Shown one piece after another: positions 36,347-45,634 of a stretch of 64,000 nt of DNA. The notes under the pieces were generated by a model. It did not search any database. It saw nothing but the letters and a program-made list of their open reading frames with translations, and was not told where the DNA came from. The stretch is from assembly GCA_048885865.1 (NCBI GenBank), contig JBHLLF010000005.1, positions 32,001 to 96,000 on the forward strand. The letters are read 5' to 3'. The stretch comes from Candidatus Hermodarchaeota archaeon. GTDB lineage: Archaea; Asgardarchaeota; Thorarchaeia; Thorarchaeales; Thorarchaeaceae. The position numbers and the translations under genes were made by a program. The number at the start of each line of letters is the position of its first letter. Positions within the stretch are counted from its first letter, which is position 1.

Positions 36347-38713
36347 GTGACCACAGAGAGAGTCCGGCGCCTAAGAGAACAGAGTATCAGGACAAGCCCA
36401 TACATCTCCACAGAAAGGGCTGAGTTAGTCACAGATTTCTATCAGAGTGGTGGCGCCGATAATCTCTCTTATCCTGTGGCACGCGCCAGAGCCTTTCGAT
36501 ATGTCCTTCTCAACAAAGAGATCTACATAGGCGAAGACGAACTCATTGTTGGCGAGCGTGGTCCAAGTCCAAGAGCGACTCCAACGTATCCAGAGCTTTG
36601 TTGTCACACAATATCTGACTTGGAGGTCTGCAATAACCGTGTCAGATCTCGATTCATAGTCAGTGATGACACAAAGGAGGTCTACCGCGAGGACATTATC
36701 CCGTTTTGGCATGGACGGACCATGCGCGAACGTGTGTTTGCAGCAATGTCGGAGGAGTGGCTGAAAGCATTCAAGGCGGGCGTCTATACAGAGTTCATGG
36801 AACAACGCGCCCCTGGTCATGCAATCCTCGATGACAAGATTTACCGAAGGGGAATCAATGACTTCATTCAGGATATCGATGAGCAATTGGACAAGATTGA
36901 CTTCTATAATGACAAAGAAGCCTATTCCAAGGAACAAGAGCTCACAGCAATTCGCATAGTCGCAGAGGCCATCATCGAGTTCGCACATCGTCATGCTGAC
37001 AAAGCCAAGGAGCTAGCAGAATCGGAGAGAAATTCCGAGAGAAGGAAGGAGCTCGAGAAGATAGCTGAGGTATGTAGCCACGTTCCTGCGAATGCCCCCC
37101 GCAATTTCTGGGAAGCATTGCAGACATACTGGTTTGTGCATCTTGGCGTGATTATTGAACTGAATGTCTGGGACTCTTTCAATCCCGGACGGCTCGATGT
37201 CAACCTATTTCCTTTCTATAAGAACGATCTTGATGAAAAACTGATGACCCGGGACTTTGCGAAGGAACTACTGCAGTGTTTCTGGGTCAAATTTCATAAT
37301 CAGCCCGCACCCCCAAAGGTGGAAATCACAGAGGAACAGAGTGGCACCTACCAAGACTTTACTCTCATAAACACAGGCGGTCTCACAATAAATGGCACCG
37401 ATGCAGTGAACGACCTCTCCTATCTTCTGCTTGAGGTCTGCGAAGAGATGCAGCTTGTCATGCCTAGCATGTGTATCCAAATCAGCGAGGAGAATCCTGA
37501 GGACTTCCTACTGAGAGCTATTGATGTAGTGAGCACAGGGCTTGGTCAGCCCTCCATGTTCAACACTGATGTGATAATCAAAGAGTTTCTGCGGATGGGC
37601 AAATCTGTTGAAGATGCACGAATGGGTGGACCCAGTGGATGCGTCACGATAGGCGCGTTCGGAAAAGAGAGCGTCATCCTCACAGGATATCTAAACTGGC
37701 CAAAGATTCTAGAGATCACATTGAACAATGGAATAGATCCCGCATCTGGAAAATTGGTGGGAATCGAAACCGGAAATCCTGAGGATTTTGGTTCCTATGA
37801 CGAGCTGTTTGAAGCCTTCAAGAAGCAGTTGAAGTACTTCGTAGACCTAAAGATCAAAGGCAACAACATCATCGAACGACTCTATGCGCAATACATGCCA
37901 TCCCCCTTCATGTCCCTTCTGATGGATGACTGTATAAAACAGGCTAAGGACTACCACGATGGAGGGTCTAGATACAACTCCACCTATATCCAAGGCGTGG
38001 GGATGGGCACACTAACAGACTCACTCTCAGCCATGAAATACCACATCTATGACAGGAAGACACTACCAATGGCAGAGCTGCTCAAGGCAATGAAGGACGA
38101 CTTCGAGGGACATGAACCCATCCGTCAGATGCTTGTGAACAAAAGCCCGGCCTACGGTAACGATGATGACTATGCTGACAGCATTGCGCAGTCCGTTTTC
38201 GATGGGTATTTCGACATTCTAGACGGTCGGCCCAACACTAAAGGTGGAGAATATCGTGTAAACCTTCTCCCAACGACTGTTCATATCTACTTTGGACAGG
38301 TCACTGGAGCCACTCCCAATGGGCGCAAATCTGGCAAGCCGCTCTCTGATGGTGTTTCTCCATCTCATGGTGCTGATACCAACGGGCCAACAGCAGTGAT
38401 TAAATCCGTCGCAAAGATTGATCATTCAAGAACGGGTGGAACCCTGCTGAATCAGAAGCTTATGCCCGACATAGTGGCTGATGAAGAAGGCAAGTCTAAA
38501 CTTGCTCATCTGGTCCGAGCATACTTCAAGCTGGGTGGCCACCATATTCAATTCAACGTGATTGAGAGGAGCACCTTACTTGAAGCGCAACAGAATCCGG
38601 AGAAATATCGTGACCTCATCGTGAGAGTGGCAGGTTACAGCGATTATTTCGTCAATCTTGGCAAGCCGCTGCAGGATGAGATCATCTCTAGAACAGAACA
38701 TCAGGGTCTCTAA
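36347..38713 (+). CDS. Glycyl radical enzyme, HypD-like with variant Cys loop
   Basis: C-terminal RVAGY; EQRAPGH, WDSFNPGR, SGTYQDF, SGCVT, LPTT. Confidence 0.9.
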   Translation: MTTERVRRLREQSIRTSPYISTERAELVTDFYQSGGADNLSYPVARARAFRYVLLNKEIYIGEDELIVGERGPSPRATPTYPELCCHTISDLEVCNNRVRSRFIVSDDTKEVYREDIIPFWHGRTMRERVFAAMSEEWLKAFKAGVYTEFMEQRAPGHAILDDKIYRRGINDFIQDIDEQLDKIDFYNDKEAYSKEQELTAIRIVAEAIIEFAHRHADKAKELAESERNSERRKELEKIAEVCSHVPANAPRNFWEALQTYWFVHLGVIIELNVWDSFNPGRLDVNLFPFYKNDLDEKLMTRDFAKELLQCFWVKFHNQPAPPKVEITEEQSGTYQDFTLINTGGLTINGTDAVNDLSYLLLEVCEEMQLVMPSMCIQISEENPEDFLLRAIDVVSTGLGQPSMFNTDVIIKEFLRMGKSVEDARMGGPSGCVTIGAFGKESVILTGYLNWPKILEITLNNGIDPASGKLVGIETGNPEDFGSYDELFEAFKKQLKYFVDLKIKGNNIIERLYAQYMPSPFMSLLMDDCIKQAKDYHDGGSRYNSTYIQGVGMGTLTDSLSAMKYHIYDRKTLPMAELLKAMKDDFEGHEPIRQMLVNKSPAYGNDDDYADSIAQSVFDGYFDILDGRPNTKGGEYRVNLLPTTVHIYFGQVTGATPNGRKSGKPLSDGVSPSHGADTNGPTAVIKSVAKIDHSRTGGTLLNQKLMPDIVADEEGKSKLAHLVRAYFKLGGHHIQFNVIERSTLLEAQQNPEKYRDLIVRVAGYSDYFVNLGKPLQDEIISRTEHQGL

Positions 38714-38869
38714 GCCGCAAATCTTTACTATTTGACATAGGGCAATGTTAAAAAGGATATCAAAAAGCGGAAATGACCGTAGTAAGAAATGCCTAGTATC
38801 GAGACCATTCATCTATCAGACGATTCAGAATTTTGATTACTGGGCTGCAAAACTACAGGTGAACATATA

Positions 38870-39877
38870 ATGGCACATAGAAAGAAACATGCGCCAAGAC
38901 GAGGAAGTCTTGCTTATCTTCCTCGAGGAAGGGCATCAAAATTCTTGCCCAGAATTAAGAACTGGCCCGAGCATGATGGTTCCGATGCGAAACTACTTGG
39001 TTTTGTAGGATTCAAAGCTGGAATGTCTCACGCAGTAATGACTGTCCAAAACCCAAACAGTCCGTTTAAGGGGCAGGAGAGGGTCATCCCTATCACGATT
39101 GTCGATACTCCCCCCATTAGGCCTTTCTCCATCCGTGGATACAGGGCTACAGCCTATGGTCGGAAACTTGTTGCAGAAGTCTTGGCAGAGAATCTCTCTG
39201 AAGATTTGCGAAAAGCAATGCCGTTGCCGAAGAAATACAAGCATAAGGCAAAGATGAAGGAGTTCGAATCACAGCTCAATGCATTTGATGAGATTCGCGT
39301 ACTAGTCCATACCCAACCACGGCTTGCTGGGGTGTCAAAGAAGAAACCTGACATCTCGGAATACAAGGTAGGGGCTTCTAATGTTCAAGAAGCATTTGAG
39401 TATGCAAAAAGTGTGTTGGGCAATGACGTACGTGTCGCTGACATCCTTCGAGAAGGGACTCTCGTTGACACAATTGCTGTTACAAAGGGACATGGATTCC
39501 AAGGACCAGTACGACGCTGGGGAGTCAGGATTCTACAACACAAATCGCGTAAGACAAAGCGTGGAGTAGGTTGTATAGGTCCATGGTCTCCGACGAACAT
39601 TCGCTACAGTGTTCCCCGTCCTGGACAGACAGGTTTCCATACACGTACCAGCTTCAACAATGAAGTACTCAAGATGGGCGAGCGTGGTGAGGAAATCACG
39701 CCGTCAGGTGGCTTTGTGAACTATGGTGTGATACGAGGTGACTATGTCATCCTCTGGGGCTCAATTCCAGGCCCTGTCAAGAGACCAGTCCGTCTCAGAA
39801 TGGCAATTCGACCCAAGAGGTCGCATCTCGGTCAAGTGACTCAGGTGAATTACATCAGTACCACATCCAAACAATGA
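38870..39877 (+). CDS. rpl3: 50S ribosomal protein uL3
   Basis: PRRGSL, GFKAGMSH, TKGHGFQG, GQTGFHTRT. Confidence 0.97.
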   Translation: MAHRKKHAPRRGSLAYLPRGRASKFLPRIKNWPEHDGSDAKLLGFVGFKAGMSHAVMTVQNPNSPFKGQERVIPITIVDTPPIRPFSIRGYRATAYGRKLVAEVLAENLSEDLRKAMPLPKKYKHKAKMKEFESQLNAFDEIRVLVHTQPRLAGVSKKKPDISEYKVGASNVQEAFEYAKSVLGNDVRVADILREGTLVDTIAVTKGHGFQGPVRRWGVRILQHKSRKTKRGVGCIGPWSPTNIRYSVPRPGQTGFHTRTSFNNEVLKMGERGEEITPSGGFVNYGVIRGDYVILWGSIPGPVKRPVRLRMAIRPKRSHLGQVTQVNYISTTSKQ

Positions 39878-39894
39878 CAGGAGGTTGAAAGGAA

Positions 39895-40683
39895 ATGGCG
39901 AGTGTAAAGACATATTCGTTGAAAGGAAAAGCTGGTCCTACGATCAAGCTACCTGTTCAGTTTGAAACTGCCTATCGGCCGGACATCATCAAACGAGCTG
40001 TGCTTGCAGTCCAGTCAAAGAGGCGTCAGCCTCATGGTGTAGATGAGTTTGCTGGAAAACGAAACACAGCACAGAGCTGGCAGACAGGTCACGGAAGATC
40101 AAGGATGCCTCGAATCAAAGGCAGTGGAACTCCAGCGGCTAATAAGGCAGGTTTCGCTCCGGGGACAGTTGGTGGCAGAGTTGCTCATCCGCCCGAGGCC
40201 CGGAAAGTCATCATTGAGAGGGTCAATAAGAAGGAGAACCGTCTTGCCATTCGTTCTGCTATTGCAGCCACGGCTAGCAAGGAAATTGTGGAACGGAGAG
40301 GTCACAAGACTGAGTCAGTACCCTCAGTGCCTCTCGTAGTCAGTGACAAGCTCGAAACATTACAGACCACAAAGCAGGTCCGTGAGGTAGTCACAGCACT
40401 GGGACTTGAAGATGACCTGATGCGGGCTATAAATGGCCGTGGAGTGAGAGCAGGCAAGGGGAAAATGCGTGGCAGAAAGATGAAGACCCCAAAGTCCTTC
40501 CTGATTGTGGTAGGACAGGACAAGGGGATCGTCAAGGCTGCCCGGAATCTCCCGGGTGTAGACATCGCTGAAGTTCACGGACTGAACGCAGACTTGTTGG
40601 CACCAGGGACACATCCAGGCCGACTTGTGCTATGGACAACATCCGCCATAGAGCGGCTTGAGAAGGAGTCCCTGTTTCTGTGA
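39895..40683 (+). CDS. rpl4: 50S ribosomal protein uL4
   Basis: RPDIIKRAV, RAGKGKMRGR, LAPGTHPGRL. Confidence 0.97.
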   Translation: MASVKTYSLKGKAGPTIKLPVQFETAYRPDIIKRAVLAVQSKRRQPHGVDEFAGKRNTAQSWQTGHGRSRMPRIKGSGTPAANKAGFAPGTVGGRVAHPPEARKVIIERVNKKENRLAIRSAIAATASKEIVERRGHKTESVPSVPLVVSDKLETLQTTKQVREVVTALGLEDDLMRAINGRGVRAGKGKMRGRKMKTPKSFLIVVGQDKGIVKAARNLPGVDIAEVHGLNADLLAPGTHPGRLVLWTTSAIERLEKESLFL

Positions 40684-40694
40684 GGTGAGATGAG

Positions 40695-40955
40695 ATGGAT
40701 CCGAATCAAGTCATCATTCGACCAGTTGTCACAGAAGCAAGCCTAGAGGCTGTGGACAGCCATAACAAGCTCACCTTCTATGTGGACCGGAGAGCAAACA
40801 AGAACACTATTCGATGGGCTGTAGAATCCCTCTACGATGTGGTAGTGGATAACGTCAACACGCTGATACTGCCTGATGGAAAGAAGAAGGCATTCGTGCG
40901 TCTGGCACCTGAATATAGTGCCGCAGAGGTTGCAACTAACCTCGGGATATTCTAA
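40695..40955 (+). CDS. rpl23: 50S ribosomal protein uL23
   Basis: PVVTE, NKLTFYVD, VNTLI, KKAFVRL. Confidence 0.97.
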   Translation: MDPNQVIIRPVVTEASLEAVDSHNKLTFYVDRRANKNTIRWAVESLYDVVVDNVNTLILPDGKKKAFVRLAPEYSAAEVATNLGIF

Positions 40956-40967
40956 GGAGGTTATGAT

Positions 40968-41687
40968 ATGGGTAGACGTGTACTCGTGCAACGAAAGGGA
41001 AGAGGCACAACTCAGTGGAGGAGTCCAAGTCACAAGAAGATTGCACCGGCTAGGCACCCTAAGTGGGCGCCAGACAAGACCTACGTTGGCAAGGTCATAA
41101 ATCTACAACATGAGGCTGGTCGAGGTGCTCCTCTTGCACATGTCAAGTATGAGGGAGAGTCCAAGATTCACTATATGATTGCTCCAGAAGGCGTTCAAGT
41201 GGGTCAAATTGTAGAGTGTGGCGAAGACGCAGCACTGCAAAACGGCAACACGATGATGCTTCAACACATTCCAGAAGGTACGCCCGTCTACAATATCGAG
41301 GGCAATCCTGGAGATGGTGGCAAATATGTCCGTTCCTCTGGACTGACGGCAACAATCGTGTCAATCGACAAGTCCAAGGCCATGGTGCGCCTGCCGAGTG
41401 GCAAGCAGAAGGCGTTTAGTCCAAGGTGCAGAGCAACCATTGGGATAGTGGCCGGAGGAGGAAGGACAGAGAAGCCATTCCTCAAAGCTGGTGCTGTGTG
41501 GCATCATGTTCGAGGCAAAGCTCGAAAGTGGCCAGTGACCCGTGGTGCAGCTATGAATGCAGCTAGCCACCCACACGGTGGTGGATCACATCAGTCCCCT
41601 GGTAGGCCAACGACCGTGAGCAGACATGCTCCTCCTGGCCGTAAGGTAGGGAACATCGCAGCTAGACGTACAGGCCGCAAGAAGTAG
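40968..41687 (+). CDS. rpl2: 50S ribosomal protein uL2
   Basis: QRKGRG, AMNAASHPHGGG, PPGRKVG. Confidence 0.97.
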   Translation: MGRRVLVQRKGRGTTQWRSPSHKKIAPARHPKWAPDKTYVGKVINLQHEAGRGAPLAHVKYEGESKIHYMIAPEGVQVGQIVECGEDAALQNGNTMMLQHIPEGTPVYNIEGNPGDGGKYVRSSGLTATIVSIDKSKAMVRLPSGKQKAFSPRCRATIGIVAGGGRTEKPFLKAGAVWHHVRGKARKWPVTRGAAMNAASHPHGGGSHQSPGRPTTVSRHAPPGRKVGNIAARRTGRKK

Positions 41688-41691
41688 AATT

Positions 41692-41730
41692 GAGAGGAGG
41701 CTAGCCCTCTTCTCCAACCTTCCTTTTTCT
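41692..41730 (+). terminator. Hairpin plus pyrimidine tract after rpl2
   Basis: GAGAGGAGG-CTAGC-CCTCTTCTC followed by CCTTCCTTTTTCT. Confidence 0.55.
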
Positions 41731-41816
41731 ATTCCTAGAATGCTCTGGGAAACTAACACCTGAGTAATATCCACATTCATATCTCGAGATTAGGTCTTCT
41801 GTACAGAGGTCTAGTT

Positions 41817-42002
41817 ATGCGTCTCATTGCTGTGCACCTCCCCGAGAGGATAATCGAAGACATTCAACGACTAGTGAATCGTGGACTCTATCCCAATCGT
41901 TCTGAGGCCATAAGAATCGCAATCAGGGATTTGCTCAAGCGTGAGCTTTGGGAGCGCAGCATGAAAAGTAGTGTGAGCGCTGGCGAGGTCGTAGGACAAT
42001 GA
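41817..42002 (+). CDS. cdrS: Ribbon-helix-helix cell division regulator CdrS
   Basis: G.YPNRSEAIR.AIRDLL motif; overlaps the ftsZ start (ATGA). Confidence 0.88.
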   Translation: MRLIAVHLPERIIEDIQRLVNRGLYPNRSEAIRIAIRDLLKRELWERSMKSSVSAGEVVGQ

Positions 42003-43267
42003 AATCACTGATTGATTCAGCAAGAGAACACAGTCGCACTGAGAGGAGCGGCATTGCCCAGCGTGACATGGGCCAGGCACGGATAGTGGTGGTTGGCTGT
42101 GGTGGCGCAGGCAACAATACAGTAAAACGGCTGATGACAATTGGAGTCCAAGGTGCCGAGTGCGTTGCCATCAATACAGACCGCCAGCACCTTGCAGTGA
42201 CCACCGCCCATCGAAAGCTCTTGATTGGTGAGAGGATTACCCGAGGTCTTGGTGCCGGGGGGTATCCACATGTTGGTCGGGCTGCTGCTGAGGAGTCAAC
42301 CCATCAGCTCACTGAGCTTCTTCGTGATGCAGACCTCGTGTTTATTGCAGCAGGTATGGGTGGCGGTACTGGAACAGGAAGTGCACCTGTGGTTGCTGAG
42401 ATTGCGAAGAAGAATGACGCCATTGTCGTCGGAGTCATCACAATGCCGTTCAGCTTGGAACGGACTCGTATTGATAAAGCAACAGCTGGTCTTGCACGAC
42501 TCCAGGAGAACGTTGATACAGCGGTAGTCATAGACAATCAGAAACTCATGGAGCTAGTGCCCGACCTGCCACTTGAGGAAGCATTTGGAGTTGCTGACGA
42601 AGTCCTTGCGAACATGGTGAAAGGAATCACAGAAACTATCACAATGCCTAGTCTCATTAACTTGGACTATGCAGATGTTCGCTCAATAATATGTAATGGC
42701 GGTGTGGCACTTGTTGGCCTAGGAGAGGCCACTGGATCGGACAGGGCGAATGACGCGATACGAAACTCCCTGAACAGTCCTCTTCTTGAAGTGGAGTGGA
42801 CTGGAGCCACAGGAGCTCTGATACACATCACTGGCGGCCCAGACATGTCCCTGGCTGAGGCAAACAAGGTTGGAGAGCTGGTATCAGAAAAGATGAGCAC
42901 AGATGCAAATGTGATCTGGGGTGCACGAGTGGATCCGCGTCTGAGTGGAGTTCTACGTGTCATGTTGATTCTCACAGGCGTGAAGAGTCCCCAGCTACTT
43001 CCCCGTTCAAAGGAAGAGTCCTCAGCATCAAAGCTGCTTGGCAGGGCTCGTCTTTCTGAGCTCGGTATTTTGGCATCACATGTGAGTGCAACAGCCACAA
43101 AGTCGGCCTCTGAGAAGGCACGAAACTTCGGGAAAGTCCCGCCCATCACAGGGCGCCCCTCATGGGAGGATCGACTGAAGCCTCTTGAGAGGAAGCTGAT
43201 GCAGCGCAAGCCGCCTGAAGAAAGACAGAAGGACTTGAAAGACCTCGGTCTCCGAAGAATTCTGTAA
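41999..43267 (+). CDS. ftsZ: Cell division protein FtsZ (FtsZ2-type context)
   Basis: GCGGAGNN, GGGTGTG, INLDYAD, IWGA. Confidence 0.96.
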   Translation: MKSLIDSAREHSRTERSGIAQRDMGQARIVVVGCGGAGNNTVKRLMTIGVQGAECVAINTDRQHLAVTTAHRKLLIGERITRGLGAGGYPHVGRAAAEESTHQLTELLRDADLVFIAAGMGGGTGTGSAPVVAEIAKKNDAIVVGVITMPFSLERTRIDKATAGLARLQENVDTAVVIDNQKLMELVPDLPLEEAFGVADEVLANMVKGITETITMPSLINLDYADVRSIICNGGVALVGLGEATGSDRANDAIRNSLNSPLLEVEWTGATGALIHITGGPDMSLAEANKVGELVSEKMSTDANVIWGARVDPRLSGVLRVMLILTGVKSPQLLPRSKEESSASKLLGRARLSELGILASHVSATATKSASEKARNFGKVPPITGRPSWEDRLKPLERKLMQRKPPEERQKDLKDLGLRRIL

Positions 43268-43365
43268 AAGCCTGTCGAAAAGTCCAGAGTCGCAGCAGAG
43301 AACCTAGTTTGGACTAGTTTGAACTGGGAGAGCAATCAGCATTTCTTGAATCTGCATATTCTATA

Positions 43366-43794
43366 TCAGTCTAGACCATGTTCCTTGAACCATTCGTCCG
43401 CAATCTGTGCCACACGTTCATAGAGTGGACCAGTCCCATCGACGCCTTCAGGGGTAATTCTGATTTTGTTCATGACCAAGATTAAGGGCTGTTCGGCGAA
43501 GTACTGTACACCACCGGGTGGGAATGCTTTCTCAAGTTCCTTCACGAGACCTTCCAGACTGACCTCTCTCTCTGCAACGGAGAATGAAACAATGCTACTA
43601 CCATAGAGAAAGATTCGGGGAATCGGGCCCTTCTTGGACTCAACATCTGAGAGCACTATGCTCAGACTATTCTGATCAATTCCTCTCAGAGTACCAACAT
43701 ATGTGTCACCAGTGTTGATGACAACCTCTACTGTCGCACCTATAACCGAAGCCAGTTCGCGGTTAAAGGCACGCATTGCTGCGACATCTGACAT
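43366..43794 (-). CDS. Sm-like protein with C-terminal domain (SmAP3-type)
   Basis: Sm1 (YVGTLRGID..L.IVLSDV) and Sm2, plus ~65-aa tail (GVDGTGPLYER). Confidence 0.85.
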   Translation of the reverse strand: MSDVAAMRAFNRELASVIGATVEVVINTGDTYVGTLRGIDQNSLSIVLSDVESKKGPIPRIFLYGSSIVSFSVAEREVSLEGLVKELEKAFPPGGVQYFAEQPLILVMNKIRITPEGVDGTGPLYERVAQIADEWFKEHGLD

Positions 43795-43915
43795 TCTAAT
43801 ATCACCTTAGAGTGTAATCTCTGCGAATCAACGCCTCTTGCCATGTCGTTTTAAGCGTGATGCTTTGACGGAATGCGGAGTGCTTCCCTAGAGAATGTGT
43901 TATTAGTCTCTATCT

Positions 43916-44761
43916 TTGAAATCCGAATTGGTGAACAAATTGACAGTCACCAACAAACACTTTGCTCGGCAATTCCTACGTGAAGAGTGTCTTCCAGATC
44001 CCTTCTGCCCTGGATGCGGTAATATGGAAACAGGCTCGGCGTTCCTTAAGGCAGTGAAGGACTTGGGTCATGAAGACCTCAGTAAGTTCGCTTTTGTATC
44101 AGGCATTGGTTGTGGTGCTTGGATAGTTTCCCCACACTTTCGTGCAGACACTCTGCATACGACTCATGGACGTGCAATCGCGTTTGCAACTGGTCTGAAG
44201 CTGGCGATACCTGAGCAAGAGGTCGTTGTGATAAGTGGTGACGGAGACCTGGCTGCAATTGGAGGGAATCACCTCATCCATGCTGCAAGGCGCAACATGG
44301 ATCTCACAGTCATTTGTTCGAATAACTGGATTTACGGAATGACAGGTGGGCAAGTTGGACCCACAACGTTCACTGGAGACCGAACAAGCACAACACCTTA
44401 TGGTAATCCAGAGCGGCCGTTCGACATTGCGCGACTAGTCGCAGCAGCGGGGGCCAATTATGTTGCAAGATGGACAACAGCACACCCGTTTCAGGCATCA
44501 CGAGCTATGAAGACAGCTCTGGAGAGGAAGGGATTCACATTTGTAGAGATGCTCAGCCAGTGTCCGACTGCCTACGGCCGAAGAACCAAGGCAGGTGGTC
44601 CTGTTGAGATGCTGAAGTGGATGAAAAAGCTACCAGTTCGGAAGAAAGGCGATTCGATGGACTACATAACACCAAAGCATGATACTATAGACCTTGGAGT
44701 CTTTGTGGATCGGAATGAACCCTCCTTCTTGGAATCATTGAAAGCGATAGTTGGCCAGTGA
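43916..44761 (+). CDS. korB: 2-oxoacid:ferredoxin oxidoreductase beta subunit
   Basis: FCPGCG, SGIGC, HGRA, GDGD..N, YGMTGGQ. Confidence 0.9.
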   Translation: MKSELVNKLTVTNKHFARQFLREECLPDPFCPGCGNMETGSAFLKAVKDLGHEDLSKFAFVSGIGCGAWIVSPHFRADTLHTTHGRAIAFATGLKLAIPEQEVVVISGDGDLAAIGGNHLIHAARRNMDLTVICSNNWIYGMTGGQVGPTTFTGDRTSTTPYGNPERPFDIARLVAAAGANYVARWTTAHPFQASRAMKTALERKGFTFVEMLSQCPTAYGRRTKAGGPVEMLKWMKKLPVRKKGDSMDYITPKHDTIDLGVFVDRNEPSFLESLKAIVGQ

Positions 44762-44772
44762 GCTGAGGTGCC

Positions 44773-45300
44773 ATGAGGAAAGAGTTTCGCATAGCTGGGA
44801 CTGGTGGAATGGGTGTTGTGCTCGCTGGTGTAATCCTAGGACATGCCGCTGTTGTGCATGCAGGACTTGAGTCTGTTCAGACTCAGAGCTATGGTTCAGA
44901 GGCTAGGGGAACCGCAGCAAAGAGTGAAGTAATCATCAGTGATGAGCAGATACGTTATCCAAAGGTCCGCGAGGCAGACTACAGTGTCTTGATGTCACAG
45001 AAGGCCTTTGAGTTGTATCTCTCAGGGGCTAAGAAAGGAGGGGTCTTATTGATAGATCCGGACCTAGTCAATCCCCAGGAGGCTGGAGATGACTTTGAGA
45101 TAGTCAATATTCCAGCAATGAAGACAGCTGACGATTTGGGATTGCGTCTTGTTTCAAATATGATCATGCTAGGAGCATTAGTGAAAAAATCTGATGTGTT
45201 TCCTGTCGAGGCTCTTGAGAACGCACTGAGGGATCTTGTGAAATCAAAAACACTGCAACTTGATATTGATGCAGTCAGAGCTGGAACTGAGTTTGTCTAG
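44773..45300 (+). CDS. korC: 2-oxoacid:ferredoxin oxidoreductase gamma subunit
   Basis: AGTGGMG, QSYGSEARG, NMIMLG. Confidence 0.9.
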   Translation: MRKEFRIAGTGGMGVVLAGVILGHAAVVHAGLESVQTQSYGSEARGTAAKSEVIISDEQIRYPKVREADYSVLMSQKAFELYLSGAKKGGVLLIDPDLVNPQEAGDDFEIVNIPAMKTADDLGLRLVSNMIMLGALVKKSDVFPVEALENALRDLVKSKTLQLDIDAVRAGTEFV

Positions 45301-45575
45301 CCGCCATGTACCAATGGCAGTATTACAATCTTGTCGCCATCTTCTAGCACAGTGTCGAGACCGCCTGTAAGACCGACATCAGCGTCGTTCCTTAGAATCA
45401 GTGCTTCACGGTCAATTCTGTTTGTATCTCTCCAGACCTTCTCAACTTCTTCCTCTGATTTTATGAGGCTCCTGAGAGTCATTTCCAGACTTGCCCCCTC
45501 ATCTATCTCCACATGAAAGACATGTAAGCCCCTCATTGATGCAAGAGGCCCTCGAAATCGTATCTCGACTCTCAT
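45297..45575 (-). CDS. Ubiquitin-like SAMP/MoaD/Urm1 protein
   Basis: Beta-grasp pattern, LDT.LEDGD, C-terminal VHGG. Confidence 0.9.
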   Translation of the reverse strand: MRVEIRFRGPLASMRGLHVFHVEIDEGASLEMTLRSLIKSEEEVEKVWRDTNRIDREALILRNDADVGLTGGLDTVLEDGDKIVILPLVHGG

Positions 45576-45634
45576 TCCAATCGGGGCTTTAGATTTCCTT
45601 CAACAGATAAAGGGCACGGAAACGGTCATCAATT

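Noticed and set aside
43916-45300. Oxidoreductase beta/gamma without alpha as a novel enzyme
   Set aside because: Split operons are common; alpha may be encoded elsewhere.
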